Of a DNA stretch of 64,000 bases, positions 49,093 to 59,254 are shown one piece after another. The stretch is from Candidatus Algichlamydia australiensis. Its GTDB lineage: Bacteria; Chlamydiota; Chlamydiia; Chlamydiales; JAJFMI01. A program made the translations under genes and the position numbers. Each line of letters begins with the position of its first letter. The first letter of the stretch is position 1. The notes under the pieces are model-generated. The model searched no databases and had not been told where the DNA came from. It saw nothing but the letters and a program-made list of their open reading frames with translations. The stretch covers positions 1-64,000 of the forward strand of contig JAXCHI010000004.1 in assembly GCA_033977065.1 (NCBI GenBank). The letters are read 5' to 3'.

Positions 49093-50886
49093 TTAAGAAA
49101 TTTTTTCACGCAGGTTTTTCACGTCTTTTTTGGTGATGCCAGGAATAGCAAGAAGCTCTTCTTCAGTTGCATCAAGGATGCGTTTGACACTGCCAAAGTG
49201 TTGCAAGAGACGCTTTTTCTTTACAGAGCCAATTCCCTCAATGGAGTCAAGACGACTCTTGATCAAATTTTTATTACGTGTTTTCTTTTGATGAGTGATG
49301 GCGAAGCGGTGCGCTTCATCGCGCATCTCTTGAAGAAAAAAGAGGGTAGAAGAGCGCTTGTCGAGAACAATGGGATCTTTTTTGTGTGGCAGAAAGACGC
49401 GCTCTTGTGTGAGCCCTTTGGTGTGTAGGGCATCCTCTTTTGTCAGGGCGATGATGTCACACGAGGCGATTTCAAGCTCTTCAAAAACTTTTAGTCCAAC
49501 ATTGAGCTGGCCTTTGCCACCATCAAGGATGATCAGATCAGGTAGGTCGTCTTGGCTTTTCGCTTTGGTTAAACGACGAGTGAGCACTTCGTGCATGGCG
49601 GCGTAGTCATCGGTTGCACCGCGGATGTTAAAGAGGCGGTAGCGCTTTTTATCGGGAATCCCGTCTGTGTAGGCAACTTGGGAAGCGACGGCTTGTGTGC
49701 CTGCGATATTGGAGGTGTCAAAAATTTCAATCCGTACGGGACAGCGGGTCAGAGAGAGCTTTTCTTCAAGTTCTAGTAGACGATCTTCGCGATGGGTCTG
49801 ATCTGCTAGCTCGCGTGAAAATTGGTCTTTCGCATTTTTGGCAGCGAGCTCAATAAGTTTTTTCTTGTTCCCTTTTTGTGGAGCGTGAATTTTTGTATGG
49901 AGCAGCTCTTCTACCACGCTTTTTTCTTGTAGTGGCAGGGGAATGAGGAGCTCTTTAGGCAGATGGGGGTGATTTTGGTAGTGCTGGAGCAGAAATGAGG
50001 CGATGATCTCTTCCTCGTCCCCGACAACGCGCTTAAAAGGAAAATTTTCAGATCCAATCAGACGACCGTCGCGGTAGATCATGATCACAATTACCAAGAG
50101 ATCGACTTCACGAAAAAAACCGAGTACGTCGCAATCAGATAGCACACCTTGTACAGATGTGTTTTTTGATTGTGTGATGTGCAATACTTGTGCGATTGTC
50201 TTTTTTAAGCTTCCGGCCCGTTCAAATTCCAATTTGTCTGAGGCACTCTCCATCTCCTTTTTTAATAGCGCAAGGATCTCTTCGTCTCGCCCTTTTAAAA
50301 AGTCTTTTGCTTGAGTGACAAGATCGGCATAGGACTCTTCACTACACTTGCCAACACAGGGAGCAATGCAGCGCTTAATTCCATAGAGGAGGCAGGGACG
50401 CGTGCGAGATCTCAGCTCGTTATCGGAACATTGCCGCATGGGAAAGATTTTTTGCATGAGTTCAAGGGTCTGTCGTGCCGCGTAGGTACTGGTGTAAGGG
50501 CCGAAGTAGATCCCATCTCTTTTTGGCTTGCCGCGATAGCGTACGAGTTTGATCATGGGCCACTTGTGCTTGTGGTTGATCATCAGGCTAATAAAATTCT
50601 TATCATCTTTGAGCAGCACATTGTACTTTGGTTTGTGCTGTTTAATGAGGTTGTTTTCAAGAAGAAGTGCCTCTTTTTCACTGAGTGTAGAGATTGTTTC
50701 AATGTGGTCAATTTGTGCGATTAAAAAGGGGATCATTTCGCGCTCATCGCCAGAAGTTGCAAAGTATTGTTTCACTCTTGCGCGCAAGTTTTTTGCCTTC
50801 CCTACATAGAGAACTTTTTTCTTGGCATCACGCATCAGGTAGACCCCAGGGCCTCCCGGCAATTTGGTCAAATAGTGCTTTTCCAT
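49093..50886 (-). CDS. uvrC: Excinuclease ABC subunit C
   Basis: PGVYLM...YVGKAKNLRARV GIY-YIG, RIEIFDTSN, LDGGKGQ, RDEAHRFAI, HhH. Confidence 0.96.
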   Translation of the reverse strand: MEKHYLTKLPGGPGVYLMRDAKKKVLYVGKAKNLRARVKQYFATSGDEREMIPFLIAQIDHIETISTLSEKEALLLENNLIKQHKPKYNVLLKDDKNFISLMINHKHKWPMIKLVRYRGKPKRDGIYFGPYTSTYAARQTLELMQKIFPMRQCSDNELRSRTRPCLLYGIKRCIAPCVGKCSEESYADLVTQAKDFLKGRDEEILALLKKEMESASDKLEFERAGSLKKTIAQVLHITQSKNTSVQGVLSDCDVLGFFREVDLLVIVIMIYRDGRLIGSENFPFKRVVGDEEEIIASFLLQHYQNHPHLPKELLIPLPLQEKSVVEELLHTKIHAPQKGNKKKLIELAAKNAKDQFSRELADQTHREDRLLELEEKLSLTRCPVRIEIFDTSNIAGTQAVASQVAYTDGIPDKKRYRLFNIRGATDDYAAMHEVLTRRLTKAKSQDDLPDLIILDGGKGQLNVGLKVFEELEIASCDIIALTKEDALHTKGLTQERVFLPHKKDPIVLDKRSSTLFFLQEMRDEAHRFAITHQKKTRNKNLIKSRLDSIEGIGSVKKKRLLQHFGSVKRILDATEEELLAIPGITKKDVKNLREKIS

Positions 50887-53342
50887 TTTGAAAGAAGTTC
50901 AAGTGCCTGCAGGGGAGTGAGGCTGTTGGGATCCAATTTTTTTAACTCCAATTCGACAGCTGACTCGCGTTTATCAAAGAGCGAGGGCTGCTCTACTTTA
51001 GGAGATTTGGGCTTCTTGCCCTTTTCTAACTCAATGAGCATTTTTTCAGCGCGTCGCAACAGCTCATGAGGTAAGCCGGCAAGCTTTGCCACATGTATGC
51101 CGTAGCTACGATCACCACTTCCCGGCACAATTTTGTGGGTAAAGATAATACCATCAGGTCCCTCTTCCACAGCGACATTAAAGTTTTTAGCACCCGGCAG
51201 CTCAGTTAATTCAAAGTAGTGTGTGGCAAAAAGAGTTTTTGCACCAATTTTTTTCAGCAGATGTTCCGCTACAGACCAAGCAATAGAGACGCCATCATAC
51301 GTGCTGGTCCCGCGACCAATCTCATCTAAAATCACAAGTGAGCGATCTGTCGCATTGTGTAAAATTGTAGCGGTCTCTGCCATTTCGACCATAAAGGTCG
51401 ATTGGCCACGCATGAGGTCATCACTTGCACCAATGCGAGTAAAGAGACGATCAACAATGCCGATTTGTGCTTTCTCAGCAGGAACAAAACTGCCTGTCTG
51501 CGCCAAAATTGTCAGAAGAGCAACCTGGCGAATGTAGGTGGATTTGCCCGCCATATTAGGACCGGTTAACAAGATGAGCTGATGCTCTTTTTGATCTAGA
51601 CGGGTATGGTTTGGAATGAACTCGCCATCGCGCAAAACGCTCTCTACAACGGGATGCCGCCCATTTTTAATGATGATCTGCTTCTCTTCATCGACATAAG
51701 GGCGCACGTATCGCTTCTCTTTAGCATTTTGTGCAAAACTGCAGAGACAGTCGAGCTCTGCTACTTTTTGTGCCGCGGTCTGTACAAGCTCAGAGTAGTT
51801 TGCAATGGCACTCTTTAATTCAGAAAAATAGCGCAACTCAAGTGCACTAATACGCTCATCTGCTGCTAAAATTTTCTCCTCATAGCTCTTCAATTCAGGG
51901 GAGATGAAACGCTCGCAGTTAGTTAGCGTCTGCCTCTTGTGAAAGCTCTCTGGCATCTTCTCTGCTTGGCCTCGTGACACTTCGATAAAGTACCCAAAAG
52001 CGCGGTTGTAACCCACTTTTAAAGTTTTGATGCCAAAGGTCTCACGTAAATTTGTTTGATACTTTGTCAGCCACTCTTGGTTGCCTGAACGCAGAGCCTT
52101 GATCTCGTCAAGCTCCTTACAAAAGCCCTGTTTGATTATGTGGCCATCCGAGAGTTTTAATGGAGGTTCTGCGACAAGCGTAGAGGAGATCTGTTTAAAA
52201 ATGGGGCTGACATCAGCAAAATCCCACTCAATTGATTGCAACTTTTTCAGCTCTGTTTGCAACTTAGGAATAGCCTGCAAAGAGTTTGCAAGAGCCACCA
52301 AATCGCGTGGCCCTGCTATTCCTGCTGCAATGCGCGTCATCAATCTCTCTAAATCACGCACATAGGAGAGCTCTTGTTGCAGGGAAAAAAAGTAGGGTAG
52401 AAGCTCTTGCACGGTTTCCTGACGTCCACGAATTTCTTGAGCAGAGAGGAGCGGATGAGTAAGCCACTCGTACAAAAGCCGTGAACCCATAGCAGTCTTG
52501 GTAAAATCAATCGTTTTAAATAAGGAGCGCAGATCCAAATGATGAATGGCATTGCGGTCGAGCTGCATGTAGCGTGAAAGCGAGTCTCTGCGAATTGCGC
52601 GTACGTGGTTAAGGGAGAGATAGCGCTCTTCAGATAGGTGTGTGAGTAGGGCGCCCGCTGCCGCAATCGCAGTGCTCATTCCCTTCATACCAAAACCATC
52701 AAGTGTCTGCGTGCTAAAATGATTCAGAAGAGTCTCTTGTGCATGGCGCTCATCAAAGTGATAGTTTTCCTTTGTTTCAACTCGAACATTTTGCAAAGAG
52801 GAGAGTTTCTCGATGAGTTTTTCTGGAACCAAAATTTCTTTAGGTGATTTACGAGAGAGAAGAGCGAGTAGATCTTCTAAAGAGTTTAGCTCCATTACGC
52901 TCATCTCACCTGTGGAGTAATCGAGTAGAGCTAGGCCGAAATGATTTCCGACTTGCGTAACACAAGCAAAATAGGTATGCGCGCACTCTTGTAGAATTGC
53001 TTCTCCTGTCATAGTTGCAGGAGAGACAACGCGCACTACCTCACGTTTGACAAGACCCTTTGTTGCTTTTGCGTCCTCTACTTGTTCTGCAATGGCAACA
53101 AGGTGGCCTTTAGCAATCAATTTTTTTAAATAACCTTCCAATGTCTGAGCGGGGATACCTGCCATTGGAATTTCTTGTCGTTTGGTTAGTGTGAGTCCCA
53201 AATCCTCGGACAAAATTTTGGCATCATCATAAAACGCCTCATAGAAATCGCCCAAACGAAAGAGGACAAGAGCGCCCTTGGCCTTCGTTTTGCAGTTTTC
53301 CCACTGCAGCATCATGGGGGAAGTTTTGCCTACTGTAGCCAT
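50868..53342 (-). CDS. mutS: DNA mismatch repair protein MutS
   Basis: FRLGDFYEAF, TGPNMAGKSTYIRQ, STFMVEM, DEIGRGTST, FATHY. Confidence 0.97.
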   Translation of the reverse strand: MATVGKTSPMMLQWENCKTKAKGALVLFRLGDFYEAFYDDAKILSEDLGLTLTKRQEIPMAGIPAQTLEGYLKKLIAKGHLVAIAEQVEDAKATKGLVKREVVRVVSPATMTGEAILQECAHTYFACVTQVGNHFGLALLDYSTGEMSVMELNSLEDLLALLSRKSPKEILVPEKLIEKLSSLQNVRVETKENYHFDERHAQETLLNHFSTQTLDGFGMKGMSTAIAAAGALLTHLSEERYLSLNHVRAIRRDSLSRYMQLDRNAIHHLDLRSLFKTIDFTKTAMGSRLLYEWLTHPLLSAQEIRGRQETVQELLPYFFSLQQELSYVRDLERLMTRIAAGIAGPRDLVALANSLQAIPKLQTELKKLQSIEWDFADVSPIFKQISSTLVAEPPLKLSDGHIIKQGFCKELDEIKALRSGNQEWLTKYQTNLRETFGIKTLKVGYNRAFGYFIEVSRGQAEKMPESFHKRQTLTNCERFISPELKSYEEKILAADERISALELRYFSELKSAIANYSELVQTAAQKVAELDCLCSFAQNAKEKRYVRPYVDEEKQIIIKNGRHPVVESVLRDGEFIPNHTRLDQKEHQLILLTGPNMAGKSTYIRQVALLTILAQTGSFVPAEKAQIGIVDRLFTRIGASDDLMRGQSTFMVEMAETATILHNATDRSLVILDEIGRGTSTYDGVSIAWSVAEHLLKKIGAKTLFATHYFELTELPGAKNFNVAVEEGPDGIIFTHKIVPGSGDRSYGIHVAKLAGLPHELLRRAEKMLIELEKGKKPKSPKVEQPSLFDKRESAVELELKKLDPNSLTPLQALELLSKWKSTI

Positions 53343-53788
53343 TGTAAAATCCGTTTTAACAGAGATGTGGATTCTTTTTCTTCCTCATTTTCCTTTTTGT
53401 TCATACCCAAAACTTCTTGCGCTTCAGAAATCCCTTTTGAAATTTGCAGAATGACCCCATCAAACCAGCGCCTTGCTTCCTCAACCTCATCTTGCATCGA
53501 TTCCAACTGCTCTAAAACTTGTTGGGGTGTTTTGCTTAACTTCCCCAGAGGAATTGGAGAGCCGTTTTCCATCTGCTTGTGGTTTTCAATCATCTGCCTC
53601 AGCTCAAAGACATCGATGAGCAGTGGCAAAAAAGAACTTTTAAAATCTTCACGCCTACCTCCTTTTGGAGAAGAGGGGATAATGCGTTTTTCGGTTTCGC
53701 TTTTCTTGTGCACACTCTTGTGCAGGGCGGTTCCCAGGGGTGAACGATCGAGTTTCGAATAGGTTTTTTTTTGAAATTGTGAATCCAT
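53330..53788 (-). CDS. Hypothetical protein
   Basis: 152-aa ORF overlapping the mutS start. Confidence 0.7.
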   Translation of the reverse strand: MDSQFQKKTYSKLDRSPLGTALHKSVHKKSETEKRIIPSSPKGGRREDFKSSFLPLLIDVFELRQMIENHKQMENGSPIPLGKLSKTPQQVLEQLESMQDEVEEARRWFDGVILQISKGISEAQEVLGMNKKENEEEKESTSLLKRILQWLQ

Positions 53789-53864
53789 TGTTAACCTATG
53801 ATAAACAAACAGCGTTAACGACTCAACCCTAGGTGAGAATCCATCAGATTTGTATACTTAGACT

Positions 53865-55613
53865 ATGGGTATCTATTCCAAAGAGAGTCTTGACAGGCTG
53901 CGTGAAAAAATTGATTTACAGGAGCTGCTCGGCTCTTACCTTGAGATGAAACGCAGTGGCTCTACCTACAAAGCGTGCTGTCCCTTTCACGAAGAGAAAA
54001 CACCCTCTTTCATCGTACGGCAGGGTGATTCACACTACCACTGCTTTGGTTGCGGAGCTCATGGCGATGCAATCGCCTTTTTGATGGGGCATCTCAAACT
54101 CTCATTCCAAGAGGCGGTTGAGCAACTTGCTGAACGCTATCACGTCATTTTAGAAGAGGTAGATGGAGAGCAGAAAAAAGGCCCCAGCACACGAGAGCTT
54201 GTAGAGATCGTAGAAAAAGCTGCTGACTTTTACCACTTTTGCCTTCTTCACACAGATGAGGGTCACAAGGCGCTGCACTATCTCTTTTCTCGAGGACTCG
54301 ATTTAAACTTTGTCAAACTCTTTCGTTTGGGATATGCGCCAGCTGATCGGACCATCATGCCGCAAGCGATGAAAGAACAAAAAATCTTTATGCCCTTGCT
54401 TGAAACTGTTGGTCTTACCAAAGGCGGTAAAGATCTCTATTCGGGTCGTCTCCTCTTTCCTATTTTGGATGGGCGCGGACGTGTCATTGGATTTTCTGGT
54501 CGTAAATTTCAAGAGGAGACATACGGACCTAAGTATTACAATACGCCCGAAACGCCCCTCTTTAAAAAATCAAAAGTTCTCTATGGCCTCTCTCATTCAC
54601 GCAAACGTATTGCCAAAGAGCGCAAGGTGCTCATTGTCGAAGGTCAGATCGACACCTTGCGCATGATCGCTGCCGGCTTTAACCTCACCGTAGCAGGACA
54701 GGGGACAGCTTTTGGCAAAGAGCAAGCCAAAGAGCTTATCAATCTGGGCGTGCAAGAAATTTATCTACTCTTTGATGGCGATCAGGCGGGAAAAGAGGCT
54801 GCTGTAAAAGTAGGGGATCTTTTTCAACGAGAAGGGATTGAAGTCTTTGTTGCACAATTTCCTGAAGGCAAAGATCCCGATCTTATCTTGCAAGAAGAGG
54901 GGACAAAACAGTTAAAAAGTTACATTGAAAAGAGCATCGGTTATCTTCCCTTTGTCGTAGAGCTTTTAAAAGGGAACCAGCCGTTAACTCCTGCAAGAAA
55001 AAATCAACTTGTCAAAGAGATTGGTGCGCGCATACGCGGTTGGGATCATCCGCTTATGGTGCATGAGAGCTTGCGCAAACTCGCGCAACTACTTTCACTC
55101 CCTGAAGAGGTGCTGCGTTCTGAAATGCCCGAGAGCCCCACACTCTACATCAAACAGCAGGGGAGCGCCCTAGAAAATCGTGAACTCAACCCCGACCGTA
55201 TTCTAGAAGCGGACCTCATGCGCTGGCTTGTTTTTGCAGACGATGAGCTTCTTAAAATCGCACGAGAAAATCTTACTCCCGACCACTTCCGCACGCCCGC
55301 CTACAAACGCCTCTTTACCCTCTTTACAGAAGGGACTCCACCCAAAGATCTTCTCGATCTTGCTTCTCAAATGGAGAGCGTGGAAGATCAACTTCTCCTC
55401 TCAGAACTTCTCCACAAACGCATCAATCGCGAGCGCGCCAAAGAGGGGATGATCAAAACCGTAGAAGAACTTTTAAAGCGCAGCTGGATGCAGCGCCGCG
55501 AGTCTCTGCGCTATCAAATGCAGCGCACAGGCTTAACCGACGAGCGCCTCTTTGAACTTGCAAAAGAGTTTGATGCATTGAAATCGCACCCGCCGGAGGT
55601 AAGGTGCACTTAA
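53865..55613 (+). CDS. dnaG: DNA primase
   Basis: CCPFHEEKTPSF...CFGC zinc finger, KYYNTPET, VEGQID, FDGDQAG TOPRIM. Confidence 0.97.
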   Translation: MGIYSKESLDRLREKIDLQELLGSYLEMKRSGSTYKACCPFHEEKTPSFIVRQGDSHYHCFGCGAHGDAIAFLMGHLKLSFQEAVEQLAERYHVILEEVDGEQKKGPSTRELVEIVEKAADFYHFCLLHTDEGHKALHYLFSRGLDLNFVKLFRLGYAPADRTIMPQAMKEQKIFMPLLETVGLTKGGKDLYSGRLLFPILDGRGRVIGFSGRKFQEETYGPKYYNTPETPLFKKSKVLYGLSHSRKRIAKERKVLIVEGQIDTLRMIAAGFNLTVAGQGTAFGKEQAKELINLGVQEIYLLFDGDQAGKEAAVKVGDLFQREGIEVFVAQFPEGKDPDLILQEEGTKQLKSYIEKSIGYLPFVVELLKGNQPLTPARKNQLVKEIGARIRGWDHPLMVHESLRKLAQLLSLPEEVLRSEMPESPTLYIKQQGSALENRELNPDRILEADLMRWLVFADDELLKIARENLTPDHFRTPAYKRLFTLFTEGTPPKDLLDLASQMESVEDQLLLSELLHKRINRERAKEGMIKTVEELLKRSWMQRRESLRYQMQRTGLTDERLFELAKEFDALKSHPPEVRCT

Positions 55614-55921
55614 TATTTTTCGACGATCAGTGTCCACTTTGCCAACGCGCAGTTGCAATTGCTAAAAAGGCAGATCGCAAAAATATCTGCGAATTTCATC
55701 CCCTCGCTTCTGAAAAAGCTAAGCCTTATCTTGAACAGGATCGCGACACCTTTATTTTAATAGAAAATGGGGAGAAAAAGTGGCTCTATGCCAAGGGCAT
55801 TTTCCGCCTCCTTTGGCTTCTTGGAGGCAAGTGGGCTCTTTTGGGCTGGCTCTATATTTTGCCTAAGTGGTTGATCGATCCTATATATAGATTTATAGCA
55901 AAGCACCGTATATATAATTAA
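55604..55921 (+). CDS. DCC1-like / DUF393 thiol-disulfide oxidoreductase, copy 1
   Basis: IFFDDQCPLC motif; YRFIAKHR C-terminus. Confidence 0.85.
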   Translation: MHLIFFDDQCPLCQRAVAIAKKADRKNICEFHPLASEKAKPYLEQDRDTFILIENGEKKWLYAKGIFRLLWLLGGKWALLGWLYILPKWLIDPIYRFIAKHRIYN

Positions 55922-55986
55922 TTTTTTTAATTAAATGATTAATCATTTTTCTTGAAAAGAATTTATTAAATGTTTAACATCCATGT

Positions 55987-56586
55987 ATGAATATATTAAC
56001 AAGTGTCTTGCAAGAGAGCTCTTTTTTTGGATTTATTGGGGAGAATCGAAGAATTGTAGTAGGGGTTACTGCTGTTACTGTGGGAATTGTTTCTGGTGTA
56101 GCTGTAAAATTATTTTTTGACACTGGTTATCAAAAACAAAAAGAAAGAGAAGATGATCTTGCATCAAAACAGCAAGAGCTACAACTTCTTATAAATAGTT
56201 GTGCGGAAGCAAAGGATAGACAGATAAAAATTTCGTTAGAAATTCTTGAACTTGTGGGTCGTATAAATGGCTTAAATCAGCTATTAGAAAACTTTGAGAA
56301 AGAACTTAATCAACGTACATTCACACTTACAAAAGAGGAAGTTTTTGATAAATTTAATTCTTTATATGAAGAATATTGTGAATATTCTAAAAACTATTTT
56401 CTTGCAGAAGGTGATTTAGTAATGCAAAATGGTTCTTTGGATCCTACTAGCATCACTTTTTTGGTTAATGAAAAAGCTATCTTAGAAAGCCATAATGCAA
56501 AAGTCGATGAGTATTTTCATAACTTTTTAAAAGCTGAATCTGATCTTTTAAGAATCAAGGCGGATATGGATACAGGAAGAGTGTAA
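55987..56586 (+). CDS. Hypothetical single-TM coiled-coil protein
   Basis: N-terminal TM; AT-rich; C-terminus resembles 57662..58306. Confidence 0.75.
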   Translation: MNILTSVLQESSFFGFIGENRRIVVGVTAVTVGIVSGVAVKLFFDTGYQKQKEREDDLASKQQELQLLINSCAEAKDRQIKISLEILELVGRINGLNQLLENFEKELNQRTFTLTKEEVFDKFNSLYEEYCEYSKNYFLAEGDLVMQNGSLDPTSITFLVNEKAILESHNAKVDEYFHNFLKAESDLLRIKADMDTGRV

Positions 56587-56811
56587 AAAGCTTGTAAAAA
56601 AAGCTGATGTAACTCCCGCTTGTCACAAGGCTTTTCGCCTTTTTGGGAGAATTTGACGAAATTGGCTTTTACATAAGCCTTAGTTGTTGATTGATTCCAC
56701 ATATCGATTTTTCGCAATAAATAGACTTTAAACCCTTTACAATCAGTGGATTGCAATAAGTGTTTCACTCCAAATTAACAAAAGAAGATTTTGGTGTGAA
56801 CTGGTGAATAT

Positions 56812-56912
56812 ATGACGAAGTTTTTTGGAAGAGAAAATGAACTCAAAAAGCTAAGAGAATTATTAAAAAAGAAGCTCCTAGCTTAGTTGTGATCAAGGGA
56901 AGAAGAATTGAA
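56812..56912 (+). pseudogene. N-terminal fragment of an archaeal-type AAA ATPase (ATPase_2-like), frameshifted and cut in Walker A
   Basis: MTKFFGRENELKKLRELLKK / SLVVIKGRRI, matching the F-x-GR-x-x-E-L...GRRRIGK pattern of that family. Confidence 0.7.
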
Positions 56913-57150
56913 AAGTGTAGAAGATCAACTACTCCTCTCAGATCTCCTGCACAAGCGCATCAATCGCGAGCGCGCCAAAGAGGGGATGATCAAAACCGTA
57001 GAAGAACTTTTAAAGCGCAGCTGGATGCAGCGCCGCGAGTCTTTGCGCTATCAAATGCAGCGGACAGGCCTGACCGACGAGCGCCTCTTTGAACTTGCAA
57101 AAGAGTTTGATGCATTGAAATCGCACCCGCCGGAGGTAAGGTGCACTTAA
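56912..57150 (+). repeat. Orphan dnaG 3' tail
   Basis: Aligns to ~55375-55613 at offset 1537; SVEDQLLLS(D/E)LLHKR...EVRCT*. Confidence 0.95.
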
Positions 57151-57461
57151 TATTTTTCGACGATCAGTGTCCACTTTGCCAACGCGCAGTTGCAATCGTA
57201 AAGAAAGCAGATTGCAAAAATATCTGCGAATTTCATCCCCTCGCATCTGAAAAAGCCAAACCTTATCTTGAACAGGATCGCGACACCTTTATTTTAATGG
57301 AAAATGGCAAGAAAAAATGGCTCTATGCCAAGGGCGTTTTTCGCTTGCTCTGGCTGCTTGGAGGCAAATGGGCCCTAATCGGTTGGCTCTATATTTTGCC
57401 TAAGTGGCTAATAAATCCACTCTATCGCTTGTTTGCTCGTAATAGAAATTATTTCAATTGA
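57141..57461 (+). CDS. DCC1-like / DUF393 oxidoreductase, copy 2
   Basis: Near-identical to 55604..55921, diverging toward the C-terminus. Confidence 0.85.
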   Translation: MHLIFFDDQCPLCQRAVAIVKKADCKNICEFHPLASEKAKPYLEQDRDTFILMENGKKKWLYAKGVFRLLWLLGGKWALIGWLYILPKWLINPLYRLFARNRNYFN

Positions 57462-57661
57462 ATTTAAAGGTTTTTTTTGCTATAATTTCTTCCAGAAGAT
57501 CTATGAATGAGGATTGGGAAGAGCTTAACATAGTTCTATCGAGTGTCCCAAAGCAGTTAGACTTCATAAATGGTTACTTGCAAAGAAGAAAAAAGCATTT
57601 AGAATGGGAAAAAGATTCTTAACTTTGAACTTAGCCAGAAAAGTTTATAAGAAAATGTAGT

Positions 57662-58306
57662 ATGAATGAAGTTCCAAAATATCTGCCACCAAAAGAATAT
57701 AAATATTCTTTCGAATTTATTAGAAAAAATCAAAAAATTTTCATTGCTGCCTCTCTTACAGTAGTGGTTGCAATTATGGTTTTTGGGAGTATTGAATATT
57801 TTCGCTTAGTTTTAGCAGATAAAAAGAAGAAACGAAGAGCAACTGTAACGGATCTTGATGCAATCACGCCAGTCTTACGCGCTGAAGCAGATGGTTATGT
57901 AGCTTCAGCAGAGATAAGAATAAAAACTTATGAACGCATTCCTACACTTATAGACCGCTTTAAAAAGTTGAATCAGTCCTTGAAGGGTCATGAGAATGAG
58001 TTTATTGAATGCAAAGCATTAAAGAGTAAAAGGGAGCAAGTGTTTGCTGGCTTCACTCAACTGGAAAATTTATTTCAGCGATATTTTTCAGAGGAATATA
58101 AACCTGAACTCAACTCAACTAGAGAGTGGAATTTTGAAAATATGACCGAGATTGAGCATTTTTTCGAAGTAAAAGCGCGAAGGGATAGACACACAGAAAA
58201 GATCAATGAGTTTTTCCAAAGTTTTCGAACTCATGAAACAGATCTTTTAACAATTAAAGCTACTTATGAACGAATCATGTTAATGGATTCTTCTGAAAAT
58301 CAATGA
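57662..58306 (+). CDS. Hypothetical single-TM coiled-coil protein
   Basis: TM IFIAASLTVVVAIMVFG; tail HTEKINEFFQSFRTHETDLLTIKA. Confidence 0.75.
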   Translation: MNEVPKYLPPKEYKYSFEFIRKNQKIFIAASLTVVVAIMVFGSIEYFRLVLADKKKKRRATVTDLDAITPVLRAEADGYVASAEIRIKTYERIPTLIDRFKKLNQSLKGHENEFIECKALKSKREQVFAGFTQLENLFQRYFSEEYKPELNSTREWNFENMTEIEHFFEVKARRDRHTEKINEFFQSFRTHETDLLTIKATYERIMLMDSSENQ

Positions 58307-58354
58307 TTTTTTGTTAGTATAGATCGTGAAAGGGTTTATATAGGATGATTTAAG

Positions 58355-58969
58355 ATGAAGATTGATTACTCCAAGGTTGGTCATTCTTTTCCGTTGAGTG
58401 TTCAGCTTTCTCTAAATAAGGATAAAATTTTTGCTGCATCGGCCACTATCGTTTATGTGTCATTACTCATTTTTATCGGACAAAAAGCCTATGCTTATGG
58501 ACGTGCAGTTGAGCGTAGAAAGTTTAAAGAAAAACACAAAAAAATTGACTCTGATAATAATATTTTACAAAAAAAATTATGTGAGAATTCTGAATTGTAC
58601 AAAACTTATAGTGTTTTGAGAAAAAGTAATATTGATAAGATTAATGAGTTATATAAATTTCTAGGTTCTCTTCGTAGAAGTTCAATTCCAAAAGAATTAA
58701 AACCAGAATTTAAACAAATAAGAAAAGATTTGGGTTCCTGTTTCGCAACTTGGCGAGAGATATTTGCTTCGCAAAGAGAAAGGCTCAAGATTGATCGTGA
58801 AATAGGTTCGGTTTCTGTAGATAAGGCTGGTATTAAAATTGTTGATGAGACTAATGAATGTACAAATTCAGCAATTGTTGCACTACAAGCTTTGGCTATT
58901 CGAACACATGATTTAGAAAAGCGAATTGCGAGATTTAACACAATTTCTTCAGGTGGGGGGGGGAAGTAG
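58355..58969 (+). CDS. Hypothetical single-TM coiled-coil protein
   Basis: TM IFAASATIVYVSLLIFIG followed by a basic helical region. Confidence 0.7.
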   Translation: MKIDYSKVGHSFPLSVQLSLNKDKIFAASATIVYVSLLIFIGQKAYAYGRAVERRKFKEKHKKIDSDNNILQKKLCENSELYKTYSVLRKSNIDKINELYKFLGSLRRSSIPKELKPEFKQIRKDLGSCFATWREIFASQRERLKIDREIGSVSVDKAGIKIVDETNECTNSAIVALQALAIRTHDLEKRIARFNTISSGGGGK

Positions 58970-58981
58970 CAATCTTTCTAC

Positions 58982-59117
58982 TTACTCTTGAATTTTGCGG
59001 AAGTCCAGCAGCTCTTCAAAGCGAGCAAAGACTTTTTGCAAAAGCGCCAGGCGATTTTCTTGTGTTTTAGGATCATCTGCTAAAATTTTCACATTATCAA
59101 AGAGGTCAGCAAGAGGG
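58982..59117 (-). repeat. Orphan glyQS 3' tail
   Basis: 136 bp with 8 mismatches to 61412-61547; translates PLADLFDNV...LQKVFARFEELLDFRKIQE*. Confidence 0.95.
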
Positions 59118-59254
59118 TTAGAAAAAGTAGGCTTACAGTCGATTTTGAAAAAGAATTTGAAAATATTCCTGCTTTTTCCAAAAATCCTCTTGGCTAATAA
59201 ATCCGCTCTACCGATTCACAAACTCTCTCTAATATCCCATACTAGAAATAGTGT

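Noticed and set aside
56889..57150. ORFs 56908..57150 and 56889..57092 as standalone genes
   Set aside because: They are the orphan dnaG tail and the run-on of the ATPase fragment
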